Source: Candidatus Latescibacterota bacterium (GTDB taxonomy: Bacteria > Latescibacterota > UBA2968 > UBA8231). From it: a stretch of 64,000 bases of DNA. The DNA lies in assembly GCA_965206595.1 (NCBI GenBank), contig OZ242214.1:6144001-6208000 (forward strand). Direction: 5' to 3'. The position numbers were made by a program, and so were the translations under genes. The notes beneath the pieces are model-generated. The model saw only the letters and a list, made by a program, of their open reading frames with translations. It did not search any database and was not told the origin of the DNA. Shown here piece after piece: positions 51,248 through 61,182 of this stretch; within the stretch, counting starts at the first letter, position 1, and every line of letters begins with the position of its first letter.

Positions 51248-51670
51248 ATGTCCAGAAAACTGACTTTCGTCCAGCCCGAAGATGTCGAGACCCAGATATT
51301 CGACTGGGGCAGGCTTTCGTGGCTGTCCGAGCCGAACGTCACCGCTGCCGAACGCTTTAGTGCCGGCGTCGTCCGGCTCGAGCCCGGCAAGGGGCACGAG
51401 CGCCACAACCATCCGTACAGCGAGGAGATCCTCTACGTGATTTGCGGCACCGGCCTGCAGACGGTCGAGGTGCCCGAAGGCAAGATAGAGGAAGAGATCG
51501 GCCCTGGAACCCTGGTCCACATCCCGACGGCGCTGTACCACTCGACGATCAACAGCGGCGAGGATGCCCTGGAGATGATCGCCATCTACGCCCCCTTCGG
51601 GCCGGAGGCGGAGCTGCGCCGCCTGGATGGAGTGGCACTGGAACCCCCGCGGCGATTGCGACAGGAGTAA
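51248..51670 (+). CDS. Cupin-domain protein
   Basis: GHERHNHPYSEEILYVICG and IPTALYHSTIN cupin motifs; RBS upstream of ATG 51248. Confidence 0.88.
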   Translation: MSRKLTFVQPEDVETQIFDWGRLSWLSEPNVTAAERFSAGVVRLEPGKGHERHNHPYSEEILYVICGTGLQTVEVPEGKIEEEIGPGTLVHIPTALYHSTINSGEDALEMIAIYAPFGPEAELRRLDGVALEPPRRLRQE

Positions 51671-51675
51671 ATGCA

Positions 51676-52503
51676 ATGGCTTTCACGAGAGATGAAGTTC
51701 TGGCGCGCCTGCGAAAGCTGATCGATCAGGGGACGCCGATCCTCGGTGCGGGAGCCGGCACCGGAATCAGCGCCAAGTTCGAAGAGGCAGGTGGCGTCGA
51801 CCTGATCATCATCTACAACTCCGGCCGCTTTCGCATGGCAGGCCGCGGTTCCCTAGCTGGCCTGATGCCGTACGGCGACGCCAACGCCATCGTCATGGAT
51901 ATGGCAGGAGAGGTGCTTACGATCGTCGAGGACACTCCGGTGCTTGCCGGAGTCTGCGGCACCGATCCGTTTCGCCGCATGGAGGTGTTCCTGAAACAGG
52001 TCGAGGAGGTCGGTTTCTCGGGGGTGCAGAATTTCCCGACGGTGGGGCTGTTCGATGGCATGATCCGCCGGAACCTCGAGGAGACCAACATGGGGTACGG
52101 CCTCGAGGTCGAGATGATCCGCCTGGCATCAGAGATGGGGATGCTGACCACGCCGTACGCCTTTGACCCCGGCGAGGGTGCGCGGATGGCCGCGGCCGGG
52201 GCCGACATCGTCGTCGCTCACATGGGACTGACCACCAGTGGTTCGATCGGGGCGGAGACCTCGCTGAGCCTGGAGGAATCGGCAGAGCGGGTGCAGGCGA
52301 TATGCGAAGCCGCGCGGGAAGTGAATTCCGAGGTCATTGTCCTCTGCCATGGCGGACCGATCGCGATGCCGGCCGACGCCGAATACGTCCTCCGCAACAC
52401 CGACGGAGTCAACGGTTTTTACGGCGCCTCCAGCATGGAGCGGCTGCCGGTGGAAACCGCCATGGTCGAGCACATCCGCAAATACAAGCAGATCGAATTC
52501 TGA
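51676..52503 (+). CDS. PEP-hydrolase-like / TIM-barrel signal transduction family protein (Tm-1 C-terminal domain homolog)
   Basis: GAGAGTGISAK, IYNSGRFRMAGRGSLAGLMPYGDAN, GVCGTDPF, VQNFPTVG, HMGLT, CHGGPI, GASSMERLP. Confidence 0.9.
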   Translation: MAFTRDEVLARLRKLIDQGTPILGAGAGTGISAKFEEAGGVDLIIIYNSGRFRMAGRGSLAGLMPYGDANAIVMDMAGEVLTIVEDTPVLAGVCGTDPFRRMEVFLKQVEEVGFSGVQNFPTVGLFDGMIRRNLEETNMGYGLEVEMIRLASEMGMLTTPYAFDPGEGARMAAAGADIVVAHMGLTTSGSIGAETSLSLEESAERVQAICEAAREVNSEVIVLCHGGPIAMPADAEYVLRNTDGVNGFYGASSMERLPVETAMVEHIRKYKQIEF

Positions 52504-52534
52504 GACCGCACCGGTTCCGGTAACCGGGCAAGTG

Positions 52535-53057
52535 ATGTTTCCTCTCCGCAAGGTAGAGATCCGCCGGCTCTTCGAGCAGACCCCCCGTGACTACCCACCC
52601 CGGTGCGAGATCTCCTTCCTGCTTCAGAACTTCGATGACCGCAACGTCGGTTCGATGTTCCGCATCGCCGACGCGGTCGGGGCCAGCGAGATCGTCTGCA
52701 CGGGACAAACCCCACTCCACCTCACGAAGAGATCGACCGCACTTCGAGAGGACACGACCGCCGCGTTTCCTGGCGCCGCCTTCCGAGGATCGATGAGGCA
52801 CGAAGAAACTAAAGGCGGAAGGGCATCATCTGGTGGCTCTCGAGACGGCGCGGGAAACCTGTTGCTATCTCGACTATCCGTATCCCGAGCGCACCTGTCT
52901 GGTCCTCGGCAACGAAACGAAGAGAGTCCTGGCGGCGGACCCTGGGGGACTCTGCGACGGCGCAGTTTTCGTCCCGATGTACGGAAAGGGGCCGTCGATG
53001 AACGTCCACGTCGCCGCCGCCATCGTCGCCTACCAGGCACGGATCGGACACCGCTGA
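52535..53057 (+). pseudogene. TrmH/SpoU-family RNA methyltransferase, multiply frameshifted (pseudogene or assembly error)
   Basis: NVGSMFRIADAVG in one frame; TPPHEEIDRTSRG after +1 C at ~52710; LVLGNE..VFVPMYGKGPSMNVHVAAAI in another frame. Confidence 0.75.
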
Positions 53058-53184
53058 TCAGCGGGCAGGACGAATCGGTTGGAGAGTTATTCAGTTGGCG
53101 GGCAGCCGTGAAAACCGGGTAAGGTTACAGCGGCATCCAGATAGAAGAAGCACCAACCTTCCCATCCCTGGGGTTTGATCGAGG

Positions 53185-54753
53185 TCATCCCGCGAGCTGG
53201 TTCTCCAGGCGGCGGTACTCCTCGGCCAGATCGTCGTAGACGGCCCGGGCAGCAGCGTCAGGCTGCAGCGTCGAACCAGGAACCGGTTTTGCGAACGGAG
53301 CGACTGTGTCGGGCCAGCTGCGCTCCGTCCCCACCTGCTTGAAGTGGCCGTGGGCGGCGCGCAGCGCCGCCCCAAGGGCGGCGGAGTTGGTCGTCTGGAA
53401 GCGATGCACGGGAGCTCCGTGCACGTTGGAGAAGATGCGCAGGATTTCGGTGTTTGCCGATGCCCCTCCGGTCACCGAAAGCGAACCTACCGGCACCTGC
53501 ATCCACTCGCAGTGAATCCGCGAGGATAGGGCCTGCGCCTCGATTACCGCCCTGACGTTTGCGTCGGCATCGGTGGGGTCGAGTCCCTTGCGAACCACCC
53601 CTGGCAGGGTGACGCGGGGAACGATCTCGGCGTCGAAGTAGGGAAGCATGAGGGCGCCTCCGTTCCCCGCTCCGGTGCGCTGCAGGGCGGCTGTGAACGT
53701 CGTCCAGTCGAGGCTGTGTTCGTCCCTGACGGCCTCCCTCGCAAGGCTGCCGTTCATGAAACAGACGAGGGCCATATAGTTGCGCCCATCGGGAGATGCG
53801 AAGACCGCCCCCTCTCCCGAAGCGGAAACCCGCGGTTCCCCCATGCAGGCAAACAGCGTGTCCGAGGTGCCGAGACTCAGCGCCACCTGCCCCGGCTCGA
53901 CCAGCCCCAGGCCGATCAGGCTGCTGGGGTTGTCCCCCGAAAAAGGTAGCACCTGGCATCCAGGAGCGAAGCCGTAGCAGCCGGCGAACCGGGGGCTGAT
54001 GGTGCCGGCAGAGCGGTCGGAGGGGGTGACCGGAAGGAGCTTGGCGGACAACCCGGGTGCGGTCGCCGCCATCGCCTCGGGGCTCCACCGGCGCGTTCGG
54101 ATCTCCATGAGGTTGGTGCCGCTGCCGTCGCCGGGATCGACTCCGATCAGCCGTCCTGCAAGGAGACTGGCGATAAACGAGCTGACCAGGCAGACCGTTG
54201 CGGTTGCCCGGTAGCCTTCGGGGTCGGTCTGGAAGAATTTGCGAATCTGAGGGCCGCTGAAGCGCTCGAATGCGGCGTTGCCGGTCAGCTCCAGGAGCCA
54301 TTCCCGGCCTCCGACGCCAGCCTCGATCTCCCGGCACTGAGCCGCGGTCGACGAGTCCATCCAGATCGGAGCGGTGGCGCGCGAGAAGATGCCGGAAAGC
54401 GCCTCGACAGGGGACTCCCCTGAATCGAACCGCGCCAGGGAAGAGCCTGCGGTTGCGTTCAGGTAGACGGTTCCGTGCTGTTGTCCGCAGCCGGAAACCG
54501 CGGCTATGGAAGCGAGATCGCATCTGTCTCTCAGCCTTTGGAGCAGAAGGTCGAGGGCCTCGACCCACATCAGGGGAGGGGCGTGCACTACTCCCGGAGC
54601 GAGCTCGAGGACCCCGTTCTCAACGCCGTAGCGGTCGCCGAAGTGCTCGTCGAACAGAACGGACTCCTCGGCGACGATGGCTTCCGTCGCGCAATCGATG
54701 ACCAATCCGGTCATCGATTGCGTGCTGGCATCGATGCCGAGAAACTTGCTCAT
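53185..54753 (-). CDS. xylB: Xylulokinase (FGGY family, eukaryote-XYLB-like subgroup)
   Basis: LGIDASTQS, VSGCGQQHGTVY, PIWMDSST..QC, AFERFSGPQIRK, GDGSGTNL, GDNPSSL, SLGTSDT, TGGAS.N. Confidence 0.8.
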   Translation of the reverse strand: MSKFLGIDASTQSMTGLVIDCATEAIVAEESVLFDEHFGDRYGVENGVLELAPGVVHAPPLMWVEALDLLLQRLRDRCDLASIAAVSGCGQQHGTVYLNATAGSSLARFDSGESPVEALSGIFSRATAPIWMDSSTAAQCREIEAGVGGREWLLELTGNAAFERFSGPQIRKFFQTDPEGYRATATVCLVSSFIASLLAGRLIGVDPGDGSGTNLMEIRTRRWSPEAMAATAPGLSAKLLPVTPSDRSAGTISPRFAGCYGFAPGCQVLPFSGDNPSSLIGLGLVEPGQVALSLGTSDTLFACMGEPRVSASGEGAVFASPDGRNYMALVCFMNGSLAREAVRDEHSLDWTTFTAALQRTGAGNGGALMLPYFDAEIVPRVTLPGVVRKGLDPTDADANVRAVIEAQALSSRIHCEWMQVPVGSLSVTGGASANTEILRIFSNVHGAPVHRFQTTNSAALGAALRAAHGHFKQVGTERSWPDTVAPFAKPVPGSTLQPDAAARAVYDDLAEEYRRLENQLAG

Positions 54754-54827
54754 GAAAATGGCCTTGGTTAGGTTGACTGGCCCCCCGAAAACGTCCAGCA
54801 GCGAAATACTCGCACAGATCAGGCTGC

Positions 54828-56174
54828 ATGCCAAGCCTCAGAGAGACCGATCCGGATGTCGCCGGCATCCTGGACGCCGAGAACCGCCGCCAGCATCAGA
54901 AAATCCGCCTGATTCCGTCGGAGAACTACAGCAGCCGCGCGGTGCTCGAGGCGACCGGCTCAATCCTGGCCAACAAGTACTTAGAAGGGTACGCCGGCGA
55001 CCGCTATTACGAGGGGCAGCAGCAGATAGACCGCCTCGAGGAGCTGTGCGTGCAGCGGGCGAAGGAGCTGTTCGGAGCAGAGCACGTCAACGTCCAGCCG
55101 TACTCGGGATCCCCGGCAAACCAGGCGGTCTACGTCGCCTTCGCAAAACCGGGGGACAAGGTCATGGGTATGTCGCTGGCTCACGGCGGCCACCTGACGC
55201 ACGGGGCCGAGGTCAGCGTCTCGGGCCGGTTTTACGAACCGGTGTCCTACGGGGTCGATCCGGCGAGCGGCCGGCTCGACTACGGTGAAATCGCCGACCT
55301 GGTCCAGTGCCACCGGCCGAAGCTCCTCTTCTGCGGCGCCACTGCCTATCCGCGCGTCATCGATTTCGAGCGCTTTGCCGAGATCGGGCGGGAGGCCGGC
55401 GCCGTCGTGGTGGCCGACATCGCCCACATCTCCGGCCTCGTCGCCGCCGGTGTCCACCCCAGCCCGGTGCCGCACGTCGACATCGTGACGACGACGACCC
55501 ACAAGACCCTGCGGGGTCCGAGGGGCGGCATGATCATGTGCCGCGCCGAATACGCGGAGGCGGTCGACAAGGCCGTGTTTCCCGGGTTGCAGGGAGGTCC
55601 CCACAACCACGCGACTGCGGCGACCGCGGTGGCGCTGAAGGAAGCGGGGTCCGAGGAATTCCGGGAGTACGCAGCGCGGGTGGTCAGCAACGCGAGAACC
55701 CTTGCGGGCGCGCTGAGCGCGCGCAACTTCGACCTGGTCTCCGGGGGCACCGACAATCACCTGCTGCTGATCGACGTGACCAACAAGCGGCTCACCGGCC
55801 ACCAGATGGCCAAGGCCCTCGACGCAGCCGGCATCGTCTGCAATCGCAACCTGGTACCGGGAGATCCGCGGCCGGCGCGCCGGCCCAGCGGTATCCGCAT
55901 CGGCACGCCTGCGATCACCAGCCGGGGCTTCGGTGACGAGCAGATGGTGCAGCTGGCGGGCTGGATGGAGCAGGTGGCGGCCGCCAGGGCTGATGACGCC
56001 TTGGACCTGGAGGGACGGCGGACGCTATACAGAGAGATTGCCGGGCAGGTGAGGAAACTGTGCGACCCCTTCCCGGCGCCCGGTCTGGACTACCCGGCGG
56101 GCCGGGCGAGTGAGAACCGCGGTTGCACGGATACCCAGGAAAGGGCGGATCCCAGGAGGCGGCACAGTCGATGA
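54828..56174 (+). CDS. glyA: Serine hydroxymethyltransferase
   Basis: LIPSENY, NVQPYSGSPAN, GGHLTHG, TTTTHKTLRGPRGG, FPGLQGGP, GGTDNHL, SGIRIGTPA. Confidence 0.96.
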   Translation: MPSLRETDPDVAGILDAENRRQHQKIRLIPSENYSSRAVLEATGSILANKYLEGYAGDRYYEGQQQIDRLEELCVQRAKELFGAEHVNVQPYSGSPANQAVYVAFAKPGDKVMGMSLAHGGHLTHGAEVSVSGRFYEPVSYGVDPASGRLDYGEIADLVQCHRPKLLFCGATAYPRVIDFERFAEIGREAGAVVVADIAHISGLVAAGVHPSPVPHVDIVTTTTHKTLRGPRGGMIMCRAEYAEAVDKAVFPGLQGGPHNHATAATAVALKEAGSEEFREYAARVVSNARTLAGALSARNFDLVSGGTDNHLLLIDVTNKRLTGHQMAKALDAAGIVCNRNLVPGDPRPARRPSGIRIGTPAITSRGFGDEQMVQLAGWMEQVAAARADDALDLEGRRTLYREIAGQVRKLCDPFPAPGLDYPAGRASENRGCTDTQERADPRRRHSR

Positions 56175-57385
56175 GCAACGTGCGAGGAAACGTGTACTCC
56201 CGGCTCGGAGTGCGCACCATCATCAATGCCGCAGGGCCGTCGACGCGCCTCAGTGGTTCGATCATGCCTCCGGAAGTAGCGGCGGCGATGAGCGAGGCAT
56301 CGCAGTTCTGCGTAGATATCGCCGAACTGCAGGGGAGGGCCTGCGAGAGGATCGCCGGGATCACCGGGGCGGAGGCGGGCTACGTGACCAGCGGGGCCGC
56401 CGCCGGGCTGCTGCTCGGCACCGCTGCCTGCGTCACCGGTCTCGACCCGGACAGGATGAACCGGCTTCCCGACACGACCGGCATGCGCAACGAAGTGATC
56501 ATGGCGCGCAGCCATCGCAACTTCTACGACCACGCGATTCGCACGACCGGAATACGGTTAGTGGAGGTGGGCATTGCCGACCGCTTCAGCGGCGCCGGGG
56601 TCAGGGACGCCGAACCCTGGGAAATCCAGGCGGCGATCAACGACAAGACCGCGGCGATCTGCTACGTAGCGTACAGCCATACGCAACCGCCACTGCCCGA
56701 GGTCGCCGTTGTCGGGCGCGCCGCAGGGGTCCCGGTCATCGTCGACGCCGCCGGTCAGCTGCCGCCGGCAGGTAACCTGAAGCGCTTCATCGCCGAGGGC
56801 GCCGACCTCGTGGTCTTCAGCGGCGGCAAGGCGATACGGGGTCCGCAGAGTTCGGGCATACTGTGCGGACGACGTGACCTCGTCCAGGCCGCGGCCCTGC
56901 AGCACCTCGATCTCGACATCTACTGGGAGCAGTGGAATCCGCCGGCGGTCCTGATCGACAAGGAGCGCCTGCCCGGAGCGCCGCATCACGGCATCGGACG
57001 TCCTTGCAAGGTGGGCAAGGAGGAGATCGTCGGACTGCTGACGGCGTTGGAGTTGTTCGTCGAGGAGGATGGGGAAGCGCGCCGGAAGCGCTGGTTCGAC
57101 CTGATGCAATCGCTGCAGGAATCGCTCACCGGCCTGCGGTGGAGCGAGGCCCTTCTGGTCGACGATCCGAAGCGCTCGGAGATTCCGGTGGTACACCTGA
57201 AACTGGACGAGGCCAACCTGGGAAAGACGGCGATGCAGGTCGTCTGCGAGCTTCAGGAAGGGGACCCGGCCATTCACGCCAACCCATCGCATGTGCGCGA
57301 CGGCATCGTCGCCTTCGGGCCGCTCTGCCTGAAGGAGGAGGAGCTGGGCAAGATCGCCGCCCAGCTGGTCCGGATCATCGGCTAG
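56171..57385 (+). CDS. SelA/DgaE-like PLP-dependent enzyme
   Basis: LGVRTIINAAG, VTSGAAAG, IVDAAG, GADLVVFSGGKAIRGPQ (PLP Lys), IGRPCKVGKEEIVG. Confidence 0.85.
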   Translation: MSNVRGNVYSRLGVRTIINAAGPSTRLSGSIMPPEVAAAMSEASQFCVDIAELQGRACERIAGITGAEAGYVTSGAAAGLLLGTAACVTGLDPDRMNRLPDTTGMRNEVIMARSHRNFYDHAIRTTGIRLVEVGIADRFSGAGVRDAEPWEIQAAINDKTAAICYVAYSHTQPPLPEVAVVGRAAGVPVIVDAAGQLPPAGNLKRFIAEGADLVVFSGGKAIRGPQSSGILCGRRDLVQAAALQHLDLDIYWEQWNPPAVLIDKERLPGAPHHGIGRPCKVGKEEIVGLLTALELFVEEDGEARRKRWFDLMQSLQESLTGLRWSEALLVDDPKRSEIPVVHLKLDEANLGKTAMQVVCELQEGDPAIHANPSHVRDGIVAFGPLCLKEEELGKIAAQLVRIIG

Positions 57386-57435
57386 CGACACCTCTTGGGA
57401 TGTCGGGAATCAGGGTTCCCGCAAGGCCTTGCGGT

Positions 57436-57975
57436 TCACCTTGCCCCGTATTTGGCCAGCACTACCCCCCAGGTCCCCTGCGCCTTCATCACCAGCTCGA
57501 TTACTTCCCTGATCGCCCCGCTGCCCCCCGGCGTGGTCGTTACGTAGTCCGCCCGCTCCTTGACCTCCGGACGAGCGTTGGCCACGGCGACGCCGAGGCC
57601 CACCCTGTCGATGAGGGGAATGTCGGGAAGGTCGTCTCCTAGGTAGGCGACCTCCTCGTCACCCACACCGGCGGCGGCGCAGATCTCCTCGTAGGGAGGT
57701 GTTTTCTCCAGGTATCCCTGGCGGATGTAGGTGATGCCGAGCATCTGCGCGCGATGGGTCACCCCCGGGGAATCGCGCCCGCTTATCAGACCGCTCGGCA
57801 GTCCCGACCCGTGCGCCCAGCGCAGCGCCATGCCGTCCTGGGCGTGCGACTGCTTGACCTCGACCATGCCTCCGTCCGGTCCGGGAACGTAGAACAGGTT
57901 CCCGTCGGTCCAGACCCCGTCGACGTCCATAAGCAGCAGGCGGATTCCGGCTGCCTTTCGTTCCGCGTCGTTCAT
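57436..57975 (-). CDS. kdsC: KDO-8-phosphate phosphatase (HAD, KdsC family)
   Basis: LLMDVDGVWTDG, DG, ISGR, K, YLGDDLPD, GGSGAIRE. Confidence 0.88.
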   Translation of the reverse strand: MNDAERKAAGIRLLLMDVDGVWTDGNLFYVPGPDGGMVEVKQSHAQDGMALRWAHGSGLPSGLISGRDSPGVTHRAQMLGITYIRQGYLEKTPPYEEICAAAGVGDEEVAYLGDDLPDIPLIDRVGLGVAVANARPEVKERADYVTTTPGGSGAIREVIELVMKAQGTWGVVLAKYGAR

Positions 57976-59126
57976 GTCGCCGGTCCGCCGGGCTCAGGCC
58001 GGAGCGGGACTGCTCCGCTCTGCGATTCGATGGCAGCGAGAAGCTTGTCGAACGGCTCGACGAACAGCCGCACCGCGTCCACCTGGAGTTGGTCGGTCAC
58101 CTCCTTCATCGAGATCCCCAGTTCCTCGATCCGGTCCATGATTCGCTGCGCCTCGTCGAGGTTCTCTTCCAGGGAAGGCCGCACCTCCCCGTGGTCCCTG
58201 AATGCCTTCAGCGTCGCCTCGGGCATGGTGTTTACCGTGTCTGCTCCGATAAGCTCCTCGACGTACATCACGTCGCGGTATTCGGGATTCTTGGTGCTGG
58301 TGCTTGCCCACAGCAACCGCTGCGGCCTGCCCCCCTGCGCCGCCAGGGTGCGCCAGCGCTCTCCGGCGAACAGTTCGCCGTAGCGGCGGTACGCCAGCTT
58401 GGCGTTGGCAACGGCGGTCTTTCCGATCAGGCTGCGCAGCTCCTCCGCTTCGGAGGCGGACGCTCCTTCCATGCGCTGCTCGATGAGCCCATCGACCATG
58501 GTGTCGATGCGGCTGACGAAGAAACTCGCGACGCTTGCCACCGCACCCGGGTCGCCGCCGCGGCTAATGAGCTTTTCGAGGCCGGCCATATAGGCCTCGA
58601 CGACCTCGACGTAGTTCCGGCGCGAGAACAGCAAGGTGATGTTGATGTTGAGTCCTTCTCCTATCAGGCACTCGACAGCCGGCACTCCCTCCGGGGTGCC
58701 CGGGACTTTTATCATCAGGTTCGGGCGACCCACTGCGGCGGCCAGTCTCAGGGCTTCGTCGATGGAGGCCTGAGTGTCCCTGGCCAAGTGTGGCGAAACT
58801 TCGAGAGATATGAAACCGTCCCACCCTCCGGTCTCTTCATGTACGGGCAGCAGCAAGTCGGCTCCCCACTGGATATCCTCGACAGCGATCGTCTCGTAGA
58901 TCTCCACCGGCGACCGGCCCGACCCCGCCAGGTGTCCCAGGGCTCCTTTGTAGTCACTCGATCCCGCGATCGCTTTCTCGAAGATCGCTGGGTTCGAGGT
59001 CACTCCGCGCACGCCGTCAGCGGCGATCAACCGCTGCAGCTCGCCGGCAGTGATCATGCCGCGGCTGATGGTGTCGTACCAGACGCTCTGCCCGCGACTT
59101 TGGAGGTCCAGCAGTGGGTTCGACAT
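57972..59126 (-). CDS. tal: Transaldolase
   Basis: GQSVWYD, GVTSNPAIF, SLEVSP, MIKVPGT (Schiff-base Lys), NITLLF, SFFVSRID, LLWASTSTK, NTMP. Confidence 0.95.
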   Translation of the reverse strand: MSNPLLDLQSRGQSVWYDTISRGMITAGELQRLIAADGVRGVTSNPAIFEKAIAGSSDYKGALGHLAGSGRSPVEIYETIAVEDIQWGADLLLPVHEETGGWDGFISLEVSPHLARDTQASIDEALRLAAAVGRPNLMIKVPGTPEGVPAVECLIGEGLNINITLLFSRRNYVEVVEAYMAGLEKLISRGGDPGAVASVASFFVSRIDTMVDGLIEQRMEGASASEAEELRSLIGKTAVANAKLAYRRYGELFAGERWRTLAAQGGRPQRLLWASTSTKNPEYRDVMYVEELIGADTVNTMPEATLKAFRDHGEVRPSLEENLDEAQRIMDRIEELGISMKEVTDQLQVDAVRLFVEPFDKLLAAIESQSGAVPLRPEPGGPAT

Positions 59127-59436
59127 TTTGATTTTCTCCGGGTCGCCGTCAGGACGCGGCACCGGAAAACCGGGGCAGCGACAGAGGGGGACGGCTGTTG
59201 TTAGGGTCCGAAATATCCCGCTTGCAGCCCTCCCTCGCAAACGCCTGAGGCCCCCTGCGGCAGTCCTTTCCGGAGCGGATTTCCCGCTCCGGCATCAGGC
59301 GGCAAGCCGGGCGGCCAGCAGCCGGGTCGAACCGGGAACGCTTCTTGCCCGGCCCGCCGAAGTCGATGTATACTTACCACAAACAACAACATATGAATAT
59401 TTGACCCCGGCAGTTTCTCGCGATTCACGCGGTGGT

Positions 59437-60669
59437 ATGGCGACCATAATCGACGGCAAGAGGCGCATTCCCTTCATGCGGGGAATGCTCGTGCATCACC
59501 TGATTCAGCTCGGTTTCGATTACGACCAGGCCTACGAGCTGGCGGATGATGTGCGCGCCGCTCTGCGCGAGAAAACGGATGTCGACAAGAAGGAGATCAC
59601 CCGCGTCATCCGGCAGCTGCTCGTCACCCATCACAAGGACCAGCCGGTTGGCGACCTCGTTTTCTGGGAACCGCGGCCCATGAGCGTTACCGTCGGCAGC
59701 AGGCCGTTCTCCGGGGAAATGTTGTCCAACTCGATCCAGGCTTCCGGCCTGCCGGCGGACCAGTCGTTCGAAATCGCCCGGGACATCGAGACCCCGCTGA
59801 TAGACAGCCGGCGCGGAAACATACCGGACGGGGAATTGCAGCTGCTCGTCGCGGGCCTACTCGCGGAACGGCACGGCGTGGACTATTCCGATCGCTACCA
59901 GGTCTGGCGGGCGTGGGGAGACCTCGACAAGCCGCTGGTAATTCTCATCGGGGGAGCGAGCGGGGTCGGCAAGACATCGCTGGCGACCGACCTTGCCCAC
60001 CTGCTGAACATCCCCCGCGTGGTGGCCACCGACGATATCCGGCAGATCATGCGTCTGACGCTGGCGCCCGAGTTCGTGCCAGCGATTCACACCTCCTCCT
60101 ATTCGGCGTGGTCCTCCCTTCGGGATTCAGGCACATCCGATGCCGTCATCGAGGGATACAACGAACAGGCCCGGGTCGTCGCCGTCGGCGTTCAGGCCAT
60201 CCTCGCCCGTTGCATCGAGGAGAACAGCAGCGTCATCATCGACGGCGTGCACGTCCTTTCCCCGTACATAGATCTCTCCTCGACCCGGGACGCGGCGTTC
60301 GTGGCTCCTCTCTGCCTGGCCGTGAGCGACCGCGCTTCCTACGCGGCGCGTTTCGCCAAACGCGCTCGCGAAGCCCCCAGGCGGCAGCGCAATCGATATC
60401 TCGACAACCTCGATCATATCATGCACATCCAGGAATACCTAGTTGGCCGCTGCGTGCAGGAGGACATTCCGGTGATCGACGCCGATGCGGTCGAGGATGA
60501 GACGAGCGCCGCGGTCATGGTGGTGGTAGAGCGGCTGCAGGAGCAGGAGGAGGTGCGCGCAAGGCTGGCGGTAACCGGAAAAAACGGCAAATCCGCGGGA
60601 AAGAAGAAGAGGCAAAGGCAAAACGCAGGCAGGCAGTCAAGGCCGCAACAAGGGAAAGTGAGGGCGTAA
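59437..60669 (+). CDS. 2-phosphoglycerate kinase-like protein (two ATP-cone-like domains plus P-loop)
   Basis: RIPFMRGML and RPFSGEML ATP-cone starts; KPLVILIGGASGVGKT, VATDDIRQIMR, HTSSY, IIDGVH. Confidence 0.78.
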   Translation: MATIIDGKRRIPFMRGMLVHHLIQLGFDYDQAYELADDVRAALREKTDVDKKEITRVIRQLLVTHHKDQPVGDLVFWEPRPMSVTVGSRPFSGEMLSNSIQASGLPADQSFEIARDIETPLIDSRRGNIPDGELQLLVAGLLAERHGVDYSDRYQVWRAWGDLDKPLVILIGGASGVGKTSLATDLAHLLNIPRVVATDDIRQIMRLTLAPEFVPAIHTSSYSAWSSLRDSGTSDAVIEGYNEQARVVAVGVQAILARCIEENSSVIIDGVHVLSPYIDLSSTRDAAFVAPLCLAVSDRASYAARFAKRAREAPRRQRNRYLDNLDHIMHIQEYLVGRCVQEDIPVIDADAVEDETSAAVMVVVERLQEQEEVRARLAVTGKNGKSAGKKKRQRQNAGRQSRPQQGKVRA

Positions 60670-60670
60670 A

Positions 60671-61087
60671 ATGCTTGGAAGGAAAGAGAACGGCACCGCA
60701 AACGGAAGCGGACAACCCCTCAACACGATCATTGGCAGCGGCACCTTGTTCGAGGGCACCATGAAGGTGGACAACAGCGTCCGCGTCGACGGCATCTTCA
60801 AGGGCGAGCTATCCTGTTCCGGAGCCCTGACCATCAGTCAGTCGGGGGAAGCCTACGCCCAGATCGAAGGGGTGGACATCTACATAAACGGCACAGTCAG
60901 GGGTACCGTGCGCGCCGAAAAGGTCCGCCTCGACAGCCAGGCGCGCTTCGTCGGCGATGTCCATACCAGCTCCCTGTCGGTCTCCGAAGGAGCCGTCTTC
61001 CACGGCAACTGCGTCATGGAGGCGGCCGGCGAAGTCGAAGAGCCGGAAAACCTGGAGCCGGCAAAGCTGCTGCCGATGGAGGGGTAG
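60671..61087 (+). CDS. Bactofilin (polymer-forming cytoskeletal protein)
   Basis: NTIIGSGTLFEG, VRVDG, INGTVRG, GAVFHGNC beta-helix pattern. Confidence 0.9.
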   Translation: MLGRKENGTANGSGQPLNTIIGSGTLFEGTMKVDNSVRVDGIFKGELSCSGALTISQSGEAYAQIEGVDIYINGTVRGTVRAEKVRLDSQARFVGDVHTSSLSVSEGAVFHGNCVMEAAGEVEEPENLEPAKLLPMEG

Positions 61088-61182
61088 TATTCCGGCGTCG
61101 GGCGGCCATCCCGGAGCACGCCGGCCAGACGATCCGTCCGCAAGGGAGAATCCGCAGCTCCCGCCGCCGTTGACCGCCTCAC

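Noticed and set aside
56171-57385. True selenocysteine synthase selA
   Set aside because: Lacks the SelA N-terminal domain, has no selB/selC context, and its motifs fit the DgaE-like subgroup.
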